64,000 nucleotides of DNA from the IMG/VR virus record IMGVR_UViG_3300025096_000008, positions 23,183 through 87,182 of that record; one strand, written 5' to 3'. Every line of letters starts with the position of its first letter. The stretch's first letter is position 1. Made by a program: the position numbers and the translations under genes. This document shows positions 19,495 to 29,499 of the stretch, in pieces. This DNA comes from a virus. The notes under the pieces are model-generated. The model was not told where the DNA came from and did no database searches. It saw only the letters and a list, made by a program, of their open reading frames with translations.

Positions 19495-21060
19495 ATGAAA
19501 AATTATGATGACGGCAGCTCTTTATCACAAAAAATTCTAGACGGAGTTAACAAGTTGGCGGACAATGTTGCCGCCACAATGGGACCAAGGGGCAGGAATG
19601 TTGTTATCCAGCCTAAGAATGGAAATCCGATCATAACCAAAGACGGGGTAACAGTAGCACGGTTCATAGACTTTACTGACCCATTCGAAAATGTCGGTGC
19701 CCAAGTAATCAAACAGGCAAGCGAAGAGACGAACACCAGTGCTGGTGACGGCACCACCACAGCCATCGTCCTCTCTCGGGCAATCTTCATTGAGGCACAG
19801 AAATACATCGCTGCTGGAGCATCTCCAGTTGAGCTCAAACGAGGCATCGACAAGGCATCAGCCGTTATCGTAAATAACCTCCGAGCCAGTGCCAAGAGGG
19901 TGACGAAGCTGGACGACATTGAAGACATCGCCACCATCTCGGCTAACGGTGATCGGACAATAGGAAAGCTCATCTCCACAGCCATCGACATGATCGGCAA
20001 AGACGGTTCAATAACCATCGAGGACGGCAAGTCGCTAGAGACTAGCCTAGATGTAGTTGAGGGCTTTCGCTTCGACAGCGGCTATGCCGCCAGTGCCTTT
20101 ATCACTGATGAGCGGAGAGGAGTTCTAAAATATAACGATCCTCTCTTCCTAATCACAGACGAAAAGATTGAGTTCGTGGAAGACATCCTCCCAGCACTAG
20201 AACTGGCGGCACGAGATGGTCGCCCCATCGTCGTCGTAGCAGAAGAGATTGAGGGTCAAGCTTTAGCGGCAATGATTATGAATACGGTGAGGGGAACGAT
20301 GAAGGTCGCCGCCATCAAGGCACCTCGCTACGGAGACGAGCGAAGGAACATCCTCCAAGACTTGGCTACCAGTGTCGGTGCCACTTTTGTAACCAGGGAG
20401 TCAGGGCTCAGTCTTCGTGATATCAAATTGACTCACCTCGGAAACGCTAAAACGATTGAGGCATCAAAAATAGCCACAACCATCGTTGGCGGCAACGGGG
20501 ATACTGCCCAGGTAGAACAAAGGATTGAATCTCTTAAATCACTCTTTGAGCAGACAGACAACATGCAGGCTTGTGAGAGGATCCAAGAGAGGATTACTAG
20601 ATTGGCTAGCGGCATTGCTATCATTAGTGTGGGGGGCAACACTGAAATAGAGATGACGGAAAAGAAGCATCGCATCGAAGATGCTCTTGAGGCAGTGAAG
20701 TCAGCTCAGCAAGAGGGGATGGTATGTGGCGGAGGCATGGCACTCCTGTCGGCAGCCCGAGGTGTGGAGATACAGGCAGATAACTCTGACCAGGAATATG
20801 GTGCTCAGATTGTGCTCAAGGCGATTCAGGAGCCCTTGCGGCAAATGGCGGCTAATGCCGGCAAGAAGCCAGATGTCTTGTTAGATGGAGCTCTAGGGCT
20901 TGACGAGGGCTATGGCTTCGATATGTCAACAGGTAATACGGTGGATCTGCTGGGTAGCGGGATCATAGATCCAGCAAAAGTAACCAGGTGTGCTCTTCAG
21001 AATGCTGTATCGGCAATAGGGACACTTATTACTACGAGTCACGCCATTATCGAGGACTAG
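19495..21060 (+). CDS. groEL: GroEL chaperonin
   Basis: TMGPRGRNV, ITKDGVTVA, AGDGTTT, IATISANGD, GIIDPAKV; no GGM tail; promoter at 19434-19461. Confidence 0.97.
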   Translation: MKNYDDGSSLSQKILDGVNKLADNVAATMGPRGRNVVIQPKNGNPIITKDGVTVARFIDFTDPFENVGAQVIKQASEETNTSAGDGTTTAIVLSRAIFIEAQKYIAAGASPVELKRGIDKASAVIVNNLRASAKRVTKLDDIEDIATISANGDRTIGKLISTAIDMIGKDGSITIEDGKSLETSLDVVEGFRFDSGYAASAFITDERRGVLKYNDPLFLITDEKIEFVEDILPALELAARDGRPIVVVAEEIEGQALAAMIMNTVRGTMKVAAIKAPRYGDERRNILQDLATSVGATFVTRESGLSLRDIKLTHLGNAKTIEASKIATTIVGGNGDTAQVEQRIESLKSLFEQTDNMQACERIQERITRLASGIAIISVGGNTEIEMTEKKHRIEDALEAVKSAQQEGMVCGGGMALLSAARGVEIQADNSDQEYGAQIVLKAIQEPLRQMAANAGKKPDVLLDGALGLDEGYGFDMSTGNTVDLLGSGIIDPAKVTRCALQNAVSAIGTLITTSHAIIED

Positions 21061-21096
21061 CATACTATTTATGGTATCTAGCCAAGAGGATTTTCC

Positions 21097-21378
21097 ATGT
21101 CGCCCACGGACTCTGACGAAACAGTAAAACAACTAGTTGAGCTTAATTCTAAGCTGGATATGCTAGAGATGAAAATTGACGAAGTAAAAGAAAGGCAAGA
21201 AGGCATGGCTGAAGACATGGCGAAAGTCCGAGAATCGGTATACCACCCCGATCAAGGATTGTATGCTCGACTTAGAGAGCTGGAGGCTTGGCAGAAGACA
21301 TCCTCCAAGATCATTTGGATGGTTGTATCGACAATGATAGGTATTGTTGCATACACCATCACAAAAACCCTAGGCTAA
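21097..21378 (+). CDS. coiled-coil protein with a C-terminal TM helix
   Basis: Heptads followed by IIWMVVSTMIGIVAY; late motif at 21064. Confidence 0.6.
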   Translation: MSPTDSDETVKQLVELNSKLDMLEMKIDEVKERQEGMAEDMAKVRESVYHPDQGLYARLRELEAWQKTSSKIIWMVVSTMIGIVAYTITKTLG

Positions 21379-21439
21379 ACAAAAAACACTTGACTTATTT
21401 ATATTAAGGTGCTATGATTATGACTAGCATTGGACAAGT

Positions 21440-21745
21440 ATGGAGGTATTTGTGAGCGAAGTAAAGATTTCTTTCCGAACATCCCTTAAGGATTTACCGG
21501 GAGATATAAAATTATTGATTTCCGACATAGCTAATAACTTACAGTTGGAAGCCAACAACAGCAGAGCGGCTTCTGACTCTCTATCTCAAGGTAGATGTAG
21601 TCGAACCATCTCATCTCTGGAGGATATGAAGAAAGACATGAAAAAGATAGAATCCAGAATAGAGGACTGTATTTCTATTTTACGGCAATACGAGAGTTAT
21701 ATGACACTTGACACCTCAGAGGCAGAGCCCGATGAAGAGCGGTGA
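21440..21745 (+). CDS. hypothetical protein
   Basis: Downstream of the promoter at 21390-21418; start uncertain. Confidence 0.55.
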   Translation: MEVFVSEVKISFRTSLKDLPGDIKLLISDIANNLQLEANNSRAASDSLSQGRCSRTISSLEDMKKDMKKIESRIEDCISILRQYESYMTLDTSEAEPDEER

Positions 21746-21950
21746 TCTAGTTCATGTACCGTCAAATGTCCTTCTTCTTTCTGATGCCGAAGGTGGTTCG
21801 TTTAAGTTTACCACCGAGCCCACATTGGGAATCGTGACTCGGGAAAGCCTTAGTGACGGAAAGTATTATAAGATTTATTGCCTAGGAAGGGAGTGGACGA
21901 TTCGCCAAGAGTGTGCCTACCCTTTTAGCAAGAAGGAGACGAGATGTTAA
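21732..21950 (+). CDS. GDLV SH3/KOW-like small protein
   Basis: MKSGDLVHV...LGIVT. Confidence 0.6.
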   Translation: MKSGDLVHVPSNVLLLSDAEGGSFKFTTEPTLGIVTRESLSDGKYYKIYCLGREWTIRQECAYPFSKKETRC

Positions 21951-22222
21951 TTGAGCTTGTAGAAGTAGTGGACAGAGGAAAGGGAGTCTACGAAATAAAA
22001 GAGGTCTTTGTAAATCCAGATAGCATAGTGAGTGTCAAGAGGGATGACAATACCAAGAGGCTCCTAGATGAAGGTAAGCTTCCGTGGGATCTCCACAAGC
22101 AGCAATCATTTTCTAGGATCGTGCTTGGAGCTACGGCAGAAGAGACTCTGGTAGTAGTGGGAACCCCAGCACAGGTTATGGAAAAGTGTTATGTTGCAAC
22201 CTCTCGCCTCTTGAAAGGATAG
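21944..22222 (+). CDS. FlbD-like small protein
   Basis: MLIEL...VFVNPDSIVSV...VVGTPAQV. Confidence 0.4.
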   Translation: MLIELVEVVDRGKGVYEIKEVFVNPDSIVSVKRDDNTKRLLDEGKLPWDLHKQQSFSRIVLGATAEETLVVVGTPAQVMEKCYVATSRLLKG

Positions 22223-22225
22223 AAA

Positions 22226-22480
22226 ATGTTTTCATTCTACCATCTGTTTATAAAAGTGGATTGCCCATACTGCCGAGAAGCCATAGAGCTGCTGGAAGAA
22301 CATCAAGAAAGCTATGTGGTATCTGTTGTCGATAAGTGCCAGGGATATCTCAACATGGTGAAAAAGCAATTCGGACACGAGACAGTTCCTGTCATCTTAT
22401 ATTGTAAGAGCGACGGAGCAATGGACTTAGTTGGCGGTGCCCGAGAACTCATTGAATTTCTTGAGACACAGAAAAAATAG
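22226..22480 (+). CDS. glutaredoxin
   Basis: CPYC, TVP, VGG. Confidence 0.88.
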   Translation: MFSFYHLFIKVDCPYCREAIELLEEHQESYVVSVVDKCQGYLNMVKKQFGHETVPVILYCKSDGAMDLVGGARELIEFLETQKK

Positions 22481-22488
22481 GAGCAGCT

Positions 22489-22872
22489 ATGGAAATCCCC
22501 TGTAAATGGAAACCAATCGAGGAGTTCTCATTTAGGAACGAAGAGAAGAAATACGGTAGGTATCACGGCTCTATGTTTTGGAACGTCAAAGGATTCGGCT
22601 TAAAGCGCTGGGTTGTCGGAGGATACCTAGAGGTTGATTATGAGGAGCTAAAGGCAGATGGGCTTACAGAGAGAGAAATAGTCGAGGGATGCTTGGTATA
22701 CTTGAATAGGCCACCACCAAGACAAAAGTTCCAGAGGAAAGAAGGCAAGCCACTTTATGGGTGCCTAGAATACTACAAGCATAAGATCACACCAGCCGGC
22801 ATTGAAGTTCTGGTGATCACAAACGAAAGAAAGAATAAGCGTTTTTGGTCAGAAGGTGCCGTAGTTTCATAG
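22489..22872 (+). CDS. hypothetical protein
   Basis: AGGAG RBS; same operon. Confidence 0.6.
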   Translation: MEIPCKWKPIEEFSFRNEEKKYGRYHGSMFWNVKGFGLKRWVVGGYLEVDYEELKADGLTEREIVEGCLVYLNRPPPRQKFQRKEGKPLYGCLEYYKHKITPAGIEVLVITNERKNKRFWSEGAVVS

Positions 22873-22936
22873 AGAACAGAAATATTGAGAAATAGCTTGA
22901 CAGATTAGAGGCAATATGTTATGATCTAATCTGCTT

Positions 22937-23011
22937 GGACTTGTAGCTCAGCGGTAGAGCGACCCGCTCATAACGGGTTGGTCGTAGGTTCAAATCCTAC
23001 CGGGTCCACCA
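22937..23011 (+). tRNA. tRNA with CAU anticodon, probably Ile2 (lysidine type), otherwise elongator Met
   Basis: Acceptor GGACTTG/CGGGTCC, anticodon arm ACCCG-CTCATAA-CGGGT, TTC loop, encoded CCA; lacks initiator features; promoter at 22897-22925. Confidence 0.92.
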
Positions 23012-23083
23012 CTTGACAGCCACTCTGTGGTGTTTATATTATATCTGTGTCGCCTTCTAGGGGCACACTAACTAAGTCATAAG

Positions 23084-23099
23084 CTTGCTTATAAAGGAG
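23084..23099 (+). promoter_or_regulatory. ROSE-like RNA thermometer hairpin
   Basis: CUUGCUU pairs with the SD AAGGAG with a bulged G, just before the hsp20 ATG. Confidence 0.55.
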
Positions 23100-23104
23100 A
23101 ACAG

Positions 23105-23545
23105 ATGACTAAACTAACTAGAAACCATTACTTTCCGTCCATCATGGGGCAATCGGTGCTGGACTCGATCTTCGAACAGTTGATCGTTCGCTCGCCAGAT
23201 TGGTCCGGCGAGGTCACCAAGAAATCCACAGAAGGATATCCTCTTACGGACATCTACAAGGACGAGGAAAACAATCAGGTAATCGAGGTAGCTCTCGCTG
23301 GCTTCTCCAGGGAAGACTTGAAGGTGGAAGTGAGGGATAACTACATTACGATTTCTTGTGAATCCATCTCAAAAGGAGATACAACCTCACGACGAATTGC
23401 TAGGAGGTCTTTCTCGAAGTCGTTCGTTGATTATGAGAATCAGCTTGATTTGAATAAGTCCGACGCATCCTTCGAGAATGGATTACTGAGGGTTACTATC
23501 CCCCCTACCGAAGAGGCGAAACCAACTGTTATTTCGATTGGGTAA
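23105..23545 (+). CDS. Hsp20/IbpA-like small heat-shock protein
   Basis: YP.TDI, IEVALAGF, IARRSF, ASFENGLLRV. Confidence 0.92.
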   Translation: MTKLTRNHYFPSIMGQSVLDSIFEQLIVRSPDWSGEVTKKSTEGYPLTDIYKDEENNQVIEVALAGFSREDLKVEVRDNYITISCESISKGDTTSRRIARRSFSKSFVDYENQLDLNKSDASFENGLLRVTIPPTEEAKPTVISIG

Positions 23546-23560
23546 AATTTGGTATGTATA

Positions 23561-23593
23561 GAAAAACACACTTCGGTGTGTTTTTTCTTTTTT
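23561..23593 (+). terminator. intrinsic terminator with a cUUCGg tetraloop
   Basis: AAAAACACAC-TTCG-GTGTGTTTTT. Confidence 0.9.
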
Positions 23594-23656
23594 AGCTTTT
23601 TAGGAACTAGTTATTTTAGGGAGAGTAAGCGGAAACAGTGCCTGAAACGAACAAAA

Positions 23657-23863
23657 ATGCCTGAAAACGAACATAGCAAGCTCTACGTGAAGACGGGATG
23701 CCTAGTATGCTTAAATAAATCGTATGCGTGTTCGTATTGTGACGGTGTTGGTAGTGTTTTTGTTGAAGCATCAGATAAAACTGTCTCAAAATGGCTCAGT
23801 CAGTTGACAGATGACAGAAGGCAAGATATAATAAATATGGCAGCAATAAAGGAAGGCGATTAG
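23657..23863 (+). CDS. zinc-ribbon small protein
   Basis: CLVC...CSYCDGVG. Confidence 0.6.
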   Translation: MPENEHSKLYVKTGCLVCLNKSYACSYCDGVGSVFVEASDKTVSKWLSQLTDDRRQDIINMAAIKEGD

Positions 23864-23880
23864 CAAAAAAAGGTGAATCT

Positions 23881-25836
23881 ATGATAATCAGAAAGATATG
23901 GATGTTTCTTATAACGATGATGGCACTTACGAGTGCATGTAATTGTGACGATGACCTTCTCTCTTTTTCATGTCCAGAGCCTATTCCGTGCCTAAATCTT
24001 TCTGACGGTGGTATATATGTTTTCGATGACGACATCATTTCCCGAGCAAAGGGTGAGTGCGAACTCGGCAATACCACCTGTGATGCCCTAAACCGACAAA
24101 TCTGCGTCAACGAGATAAAGCCCGTTGATGAAGTGTGTGACGGTCTGGATAACGACTGTGACGGCACCATAGACAATGGGCTATCCACTGATGCCGACGG
24201 TGATTTGTTCAATGACTATTGGTCATGCCTAAAACCTGTTGATTGTGACGACAGCGACCCATACATCCACCCGAATGCCTCTGAGACTTGTGATGGCATT
24301 GACAATGACTGCAACGGTGAGATAGACGAGCTTGGTCCTTATGAGTGCTGGACTGGCGAATCTGACTCCGTTTTCGAAGGAACCCCATGCCAGACTGGGA
24401 TAGTTTCATGTGTCGCTGGAGCCTGGACCGGATGTGAAGAACAGGTGTTACCAGCACACGAATTGTGTGATCTTGTTGATAATGATTGTGACGGGGAAGT
24501 AGACGAAGACTCTTGGCTAGAGGGATTTCCTTGCGGTCCAGACACTACTGTCGGGCAATGCTCTTACGGCAGAAATTCGTGTGTTGACGGAGAGCTCCTC
24601 TGTATTGATGCCCAGTATTCCCAGAACGAAGTATGTGATGATATCGACAATGATTGTGACGGCATCATTGATAACGATTTGGAAAGACTCTGTGAGTCTG
24701 AGTGTGGAATGGGCATAGAGTTCTGCTCCTATGGCTCTTGGGGCGGCTGTACGGCACCATCACCAGGGATAGAATATTGTGATGGTGTTGATAATGACTG
24801 TGACGGAGAGGTGGACGAGAACTGTCCCTGTGTAGAGGGTGATGCCCAGACATGTCAAGAGGATCCTATGATGGATCAATACACGGGTGTTATGATGAGT
24901 TGCGGCATCGGAATCCAAGTATGTGACAACTTCGGAGTGTGGGGAGAGTGCTTTTGGTTTGGTCCATCTGTCGAGGTATGTAACAATTGGGATGACGACT
25001 GTGACAACATCATAGACGGAATGGAAGTCATATGTGGTGTCCAGCCAGAGGAGAATATGGGAGTTGGAGAGTGCAAAGCCGGAGTTACTATTTGTACAGC
25101 CGGTGAGTTTGGCGAATGTGTTGGAGAGATAGTGCCAACAGAGGAAGTGTGTGATGGCTTAGACAACGACTGTGACGGAGAAGTAGACGAAGATCTAAAT
25201 ATCCACGACAGAGTAGATATGGTATTCGCCATTGATATTTCCGGCTCTATGACTTCATACATTATTGCTCTCGCCCAGGGCATCTCGAACTATGTAGCAG
25301 ACTTCGAAGACACAGAGCATCGCTTCGCTCTTGTTCTATTTCCAGACTATCCAGACGGCTTGGGCGGAAATGGGGATCCCTACATTGTTGCAACGGCGCC
25401 CCCTCTGGTTGATGTAAATACCTTCCTTAATACACTGACATCTATAAGTGCCCAAGGTGGAGGGTACGAACCATCCATAGATGTGATGTATGACCTGGCG
25501 GATCCCACCGACCCTGCTGGTATCGGCTGGAGAGAAGATGCCTACCCTTACATAATCTTGATCAGTGACGAGCCGGCACAGAGCTGGTCCTCACTCCAAG
25601 CATCTTCGGTGTATCCGAGTGCTCACAACTGCCAGATTGGTTCTTGTGAGCCCGGCGACGAGATAGAGACATTTATCATAAACAAGACACAGTTCTTTTT
25701 CGGCTTCCATGAGATAATTTATGGAGATCCAGACAGATATTATGAAATTTCCCCACCTGACGGAAATCGCTATACCGAAGTCCTAAACGACATATTCGCC
25801 AATATCTGTTTATACGAAGCAGATGGTGGTGCATGA
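23881..25836 (+). CDS. lipoprotein with MopE-related Cys/Asp repeats and a C-terminal vWA domain
   Basis: LTSAC lipobox; seven E.CD..DNDCDG..D-type repeats; MIDAS DISGS, LISDE. Confidence 0.85.
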   Translation: MIIRKIWMFLITMMALTSACNCDDDLLSFSCPEPIPCLNLSDGGIYVFDDDIISRAKGECELGNTTCDALNRQICVNEIKPVDEVCDGLDNDCDGTIDNGLSTDADGDLFNDYWSCLKPVDCDDSDPYIHPNASETCDGIDNDCNGEIDELGPYECWTGESDSVFEGTPCQTGIVSCVAGAWTGCEEQVLPAHELCDLVDNDCDGEVDEDSWLEGFPCGPDTTVGQCSYGRNSCVDGELLCIDAQYSQNEVCDDIDNDCDGIIDNDLERLCESECGMGIEFCSYGSWGGCTAPSPGIEYCDGVDNDCDGEVDENCPCVEGDAQTCQEDPMMDQYTGVMMSCGIGIQVCDNFGVWGECFWFGPSVEVCNNWDDDCDNIIDGMEVICGVQPEENMGVGECKAGVTICTAGEFGECVGEIVPTEEVCDGLDNDCDGEVDEDLNIHDRVDMVFAIDISGSMTSYIIALAQGISNYVADFEDTEHRFALVLFPDYPDGLGGNGDPYIVATAPPLVDVNTFLNTLTSISAQGGGYEPSIDVMYDLADPTDPAGIGWREDAYPYIILISDEPAQSWSSLQASSVYPSAHNCQIGSCEPGDEIETFIINKTQFFFGFHEIIYGDPDRYYEISPPDGNRYTEVLNDIFANICLYEADGGA

Positions 25837-25863
25837 CTCTCGAAGGAGGCACTACTTACTGGT

Positions 25864-26142
25864 ATGATGACGGACTTTAAAGATTCGAACATGCGACAGA
25901 AAAAAGTGCTTGACTTTCATGCGGGAGATCTGGTATACTTAAAAAGTGATCTCTCTCTGAGATCGGGAGTTGGGTTGATTTTATCAACAGAATTCAGGAG
26001 TTTTGATATACACGACTTGAGAGATCATAAGGCAGGAAAGTCGTTTTCTGTGCTGCTACCAAAGGTGTATGTTTGGTGGACCCAAGGAGATAAGAAGCTT
26101 TGGATGGACGAGCAAGATCTTTGCTTGTTAGAAAAGAGCTGA
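25864..26142 (+). CDS. GDLV SH3/KOW-like small protein
   Basis: FHAGDLVYL..GVGLIL..VWW. Confidence 0.6.
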   Translation: MMTDFKDSNMRQKKVLDFHAGDLVYLKSDLSLRSGVGLILSTEFRSFDIHDLRDHKAGKSFSVLLPKVYVWWTQGDKKLWMDEQDLCLLEKS

Positions 26143-26153
26143 GCGGAGATAAG

Positions 26154-26693
26154 ATGATAGTTTCTAATATTTTACTCATGTTTTTCATTAGCTCTGGCGA
26201 TGTCAGTGCTACCAATTTTTCTATGAAAGTTAGGGGGTATGAAAACGGAGAGCCTAAGCCTCTCTATGTATCTTCCATCCTACAGAAGAGAAAGGCGAAG
26301 ACACTCCTTCTGTCACGAGATGCTTCTGATAATTTTAGAGAGATGGTTGTACAGGCAGCGAAGGATGGATTCCACCTAGATGTACTCAGTGCCTTCCGTA
26401 CCCACGGCGAACAGCATCGGATGAAGAGGCAGAGAGGTGATTTAGCAGCTCCGCCCGGCTGGAGCAATCACCAAATGGGACTGTCCATCGATGTGGGCGG
26501 CACAACTAGAATCATGCAAGGGAAGAGATATAGGACAATCTTGTATTGGTGGATGAAGCGAAATGCCAAGCGGTATGGATTCTACAATGATGTGGAAGCG
26601 GAACCATGGCACTGGACATTCTACGGAGATAATCCGCCACCCCCCAAAAAGAAGGTGAGAGAATCACCAAAGGAGAAAAGTGATAATGTCTGA
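26154..26693 (+). CDS. M15 (VanY-like) peptidoglycan peptidase
   Basis: SAFRT...Q, SNHQMGLSID, EPWHW; hydrophobic N-terminus. Confidence 0.85.
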   Translation: MIVSNILLMFFISSGDVSATNFSMKVRGYENGEPKPLYVSSILQKRKAKTLLLSRDASDNFREMVVQAAKDGFHLDVLSAFRTHGEQHRMKRQRGDLAAPPGWSNHQMGLSIDVGGTTRIMQGKRYRTILYWWMKRNAKRYGFYNDVEAEPWHWTFYGDNPPPPKKKVRESPKEKSDNV

Positions 26694-26967
26694 AGAAAAA
26701 CAAGAAGAAACAAACAAAGAGAAGGAAGAACAAGTTCCCAGCCCTGATAGGTACGGTCTTTTGTGTATCCTAGCTTTCGCAATGCTTATTTCGTCCTTAT
26801 TTACGGCAAGCACATTCATGGTTAAGGTGTGCCTAATCTGGATGTTCGTTCTTCGTAGCTATGGACTTTTGGTCAAGAAAATGAATAGAGAGTGGTTAGC
26901 AGTTATTTTATATGGTTCGTGCTATGTATATTATGCTACTCAGGTTTATCCCACTGGGATACTATAA
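26680..26967 (+). CDS. small membrane protein (possible holin)
   Basis: 2-3 hydrophobic segments directly after the peptidase. Confidence 0.45.
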   Translation: MIMSEEKQEETNKEKEEQVPSPDRYGLLCILAFAMLISSLFTASTFMVKVCLIWMFVLRSYGLLVKKMNREWLAVILYGSCYVYYATQVYPTGIL

Positions 26968-26985
26968 AAGAAAAGGAGCGAGAAA

Positions 26986-27342
26986 ATGTCTAACAAACAA
27001 AGCCGAATTTCACCGGCACAACAACTGGCACAGGCGATGAGAGAAAACGGCAATGTGCATGTTATACCCACCAAGGCGGCAAAAATCGTAAAAGAAATGG
27101 AAAAGCAAATTGAGAATTTATTTGCCGAACTGGTCAAATCTAAATCGGAGGTGTCCAAGTTAAGTGATCTCGTGGAATACCAGAGAGATCGCATTCGAGC
27201 CTTGGAAGAGGCTAACCAGTCGAAAAATAAGACGGAAACACCTAAAGTGAGTAAAAACAGTGACTTGGCGAAACCAAAGAAATCGAGGGCAAAAAAGCCC
27301 AAGAAAACCAGCCGAGTAAAAAAATCCTCACAAAAGACTTGA
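26986..27342 (+). CDS. coiled-coil protein with a Lys-rich tail
   Basis: Heptads; KPKKSRAKKPKK tail; RBS. Confidence 0.6.
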   Translation: MSNKQSRISPAQQLAQAMRENGNVHVIPTKAAKIVKEMEKQIENLFAELVKSKSEVSKLSDLVEYQRDRIRALEEANQSKNKTETPKVSKNSDLAKPKKSRAKKPKKTSRVKKSSQKT

Positions 27343-27403
27343 CATGATCTCTGCTTTGTGTAATAATATGTAAATCAGCATTACTCACAAAGGAGCAACA
27401 AGA

Positions 27404-27670
27404 ATGGTTTCCGTTAAGATTTATCAGAAAAGCAAAGATGGGCTCAGTGTACCAACCGTGACGAAAGAATTTACAATGGATTCTTTCGAAAAGAAGACTA
27501 TAATGGATATTATCTCCCTTTACGATCCAGATGAGTACATGGTTGTCGCGACCTACGGTAAGATTTCGCCCCGAGGCAAAAACTGGGTTCGTCTTTCTTC
27601 TGCTTTCGATGAGATACATATAAAATACGGCAATACTGATATGACAGATCATCTTATCGGAAAGGCATAA
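27404..27670 (+). CDS. hypothetical protein
   Basis: Promoter TTGACA at 27339 with TGATCT; AGGAG RBS. Confidence 0.6.
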   Translation: MVSVKIYQKSKDGLSVPTVTKEFTMDSFEKKTIMDIISLYDPDEYMVVATYGKISPRGKNWVRLSSAFDEIHIKYGNTDMTDHLIGKA

Positions 27671-27673
27671 GAA

Positions 27674-28339
27674 GTGGTTACGAAACAGAGGAAGCCAAGA
27701 AGATGTTCCTACTGTCGAGAGGAAGGTCACGACAGAAGGACATGTGCCCCTCTTAGGCGAGATAAGTCTAAGGCAGCCGAGGTAAACAGAAGGTTTATTG
27801 ATCTTGTGGTAGACGACATGGTAGAGCGAGGGATCGGTCCAGGTGCTCTTATCGAGTTTACTATCCCAAATAAGGAGACTGCAGATAGAGAGCCCACACC
27901 ACTGGCGATGGTTACTGGTCTTCATTGGGAACAGCTCTTTTATAGAAAGCCAGGTCGGCGATGGGTATCAATAAAGATGATGAACGGAGTGACCGTCTAT
28001 CACATCGGGAACACTATCCGGAGAGTTAAATTCCCCCAACATGAGCTTGATAGAACTTACGATAGCAAGAAGGGGACATATATTTATTCTGAAGTTTTGA
28101 GACCACATCGCACACGGTCACCCGACCGAGCCGCTGACTATAGTTCATACCCGCTCCTTTCATCTGGCGAGTGGAATGTAATCTCCCCAGTGACCATTAA
28201 CAAGGAGGCTCTAGTTCAGAGCCAACCTCTTGGTTTCTATCTTGGGTGGAATGGGATTGATGACTATTTTTTGGATTTAAATATTGAGAGTTGCCATCAA
28301 GGCAGTTACTACTTAGAGAAAAGAAGAAAAAGACTTTAG
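27674..28339 (+). CDS. zinc-knuckle protein
   Basis: CSYCREEGHDRRTC (CCHC). Confidence 0.65.
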   Translation: MVTKQRKPRRCSYCREEGHDRRTCAPLRRDKSKAAEVNRRFIDLVVDDMVERGIGPGALIEFTIPNKETADREPTPLAMVTGLHWEQLFYRKPGRRWVSIKMMNGVTVYHIGNTIRRVKFPQHELDRTYDSKKGTYIYSEVLRPHRTRSPDRAADYSSYPLLSSGEWNVISPVTINKEALVQSQPLGFYLGWNGIDDYFLDLNIESCHQGSYYLEKRRKRL

Positions 28340-28398
28340 CCGCCAGTGTTTTTAGGTTGGCTTACTTATAAGATTAAAAGAGAAGAGGAAAAGCTATT

Positions 28399-29499
28399 AT
28401 GGCATCAGTAGATTTTAAAACGTTTCTTTCAGCAGCCCCCGTCGTCCTTGGGGCTCGATACCCTGTTATCCTTCGAGGTCGCCACGGCATCGGCAAGTCA
28501 GAAATAGTCTACCAGATTGAGGAAATGCTGGGATACACTGATGGTGTTATCGAGAGACGAGCATCACAGATGACGGAGGGTGATTTGATTGGCTTGCCGT
28601 CAATCTCCTCAGATTCTTCATCAACCCGATGGAATCCACCAGATTGGTTCACGGAAGCATGTTCCCGTGGAGTGCTGCTCTTTCTAGACGAGATAGACAG
28701 AGCAATCCCAGAAGTGAGGCAGGGAATTTTCGAGCTCACCGATAGTCGGAAGATCAATGGGTACTCTCTACACGAGAATACTGTCATCGTTGCAGCCGTC
28801 AATGGCGGAGAGCACGGTTCGGAGTATCAAGTGGGAGAGATGGATCCAGCAGAACTGGATCGATACACTGTTTTTGATGTGGAGCCCACAGTCGAAGATT
28901 GGCTAACATGGTCGAAGGGGGAAGTTTCGGAAGTGGTATGGGATTTCATCAACCAGAATCGAAGCCATCTTGAGCACCTGGATAACTTCGAGCCGAACAA
29001 AGTATACCCCAGCCGACGATCCTGGGTCCGGCTCGACAAGACACTCAAGACATGTCCAGACCAGCTAGCTCAGATGCACGAGCCTCTACTCTTCACTCTC
29101 TCTCAGGGTTTCGTCGGCTTCGAAGCTGCAATCGCTCTCAGAGATTTCGCCATCAATTATGGCAAACAGGTTACTGTTGAGGATGTTATCCATGAAGGCA
29201 ATGTTTCGATGACGAAAGACTTCGACATCAATGAGCATGGTGCCTTGATTGAGAAGATGGAAGCTTCTGGAATATTCAACACTCTCTTGTCTGAAAGCAA
29301 TCTCTCGAATCTCGCTGGATATTTTGTATCGGTCCCAGGCGAAATGGCAATGAAGCTGTTTAGCATCATAGGAAAGTCTCCATTGAGAGAGAATATTCTC
29401 AGCTTTCACGGCACAGAAGTGGAAGGAAAGCGGATCGGCGATCATGTTGTGTCCTTGGTCTCGAATATGGCAGATCAGGAAGCCGTAGAGCAGCCGTAA
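28399..29499 (+). CDS. MoxR-type AAA+ ATPase
   Basis: GRHGIGKS, LLFLDEIDRA, AAVN, MDPAELDRY, PSRRSW. Confidence 0.88.
   Translation: MASVDFKTFLSAAPVVLGARYPVILRGRHGIGKSEIVYQIEEMLGYTDGVIERRASQMTEGDLIGLPSISSDSSSTRWNPPDWFTEACSRGVLLFLDEIDRAIPEVRQGIFELTDSRKINGYSLHENTVIVAAVNGGEHGSEYQVGEMDPAELDRYTVFDVEPTVEDWLTWSKGEVSEVVWDFINQNRSHLEHLDNFEPNKVYPSRRSWVRLDKTLKTCPDQLAQMHEPLLFTLSQGFVGFEAAIALRDFAINYGKQVTVEDVIHEGNVSMTKDFDINEHGALIEKMEASGIFNTLLSESNLSNLAGYFVSVPGEMAMKLFSIIGKSPLRENILSFHGTEVEGKRIGDHVVSLVSNMADQEAVEQP

Noticed and set aside
492-21060. Stop-codon reassignment, as in some large phages
   Set aside because: Conserved genes are full length in code 11 and end at TAG (SSB, UvsX, GroEL), TGA (ClpP) and TAA (RNR); neither tRNA is a suppressor
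22937-23011. Initiator tRNA-fMet call
   Set aside because: G1:C72 is paired and the anticodon stem lacks the GGG/CCC triplet
24127-25190. Regularly spaced similar DNA units resembling a CRISPR array
   Set aside because: They are degenerate codons of the ExCDxxDNDCDG protein repeats inside an intact ORF
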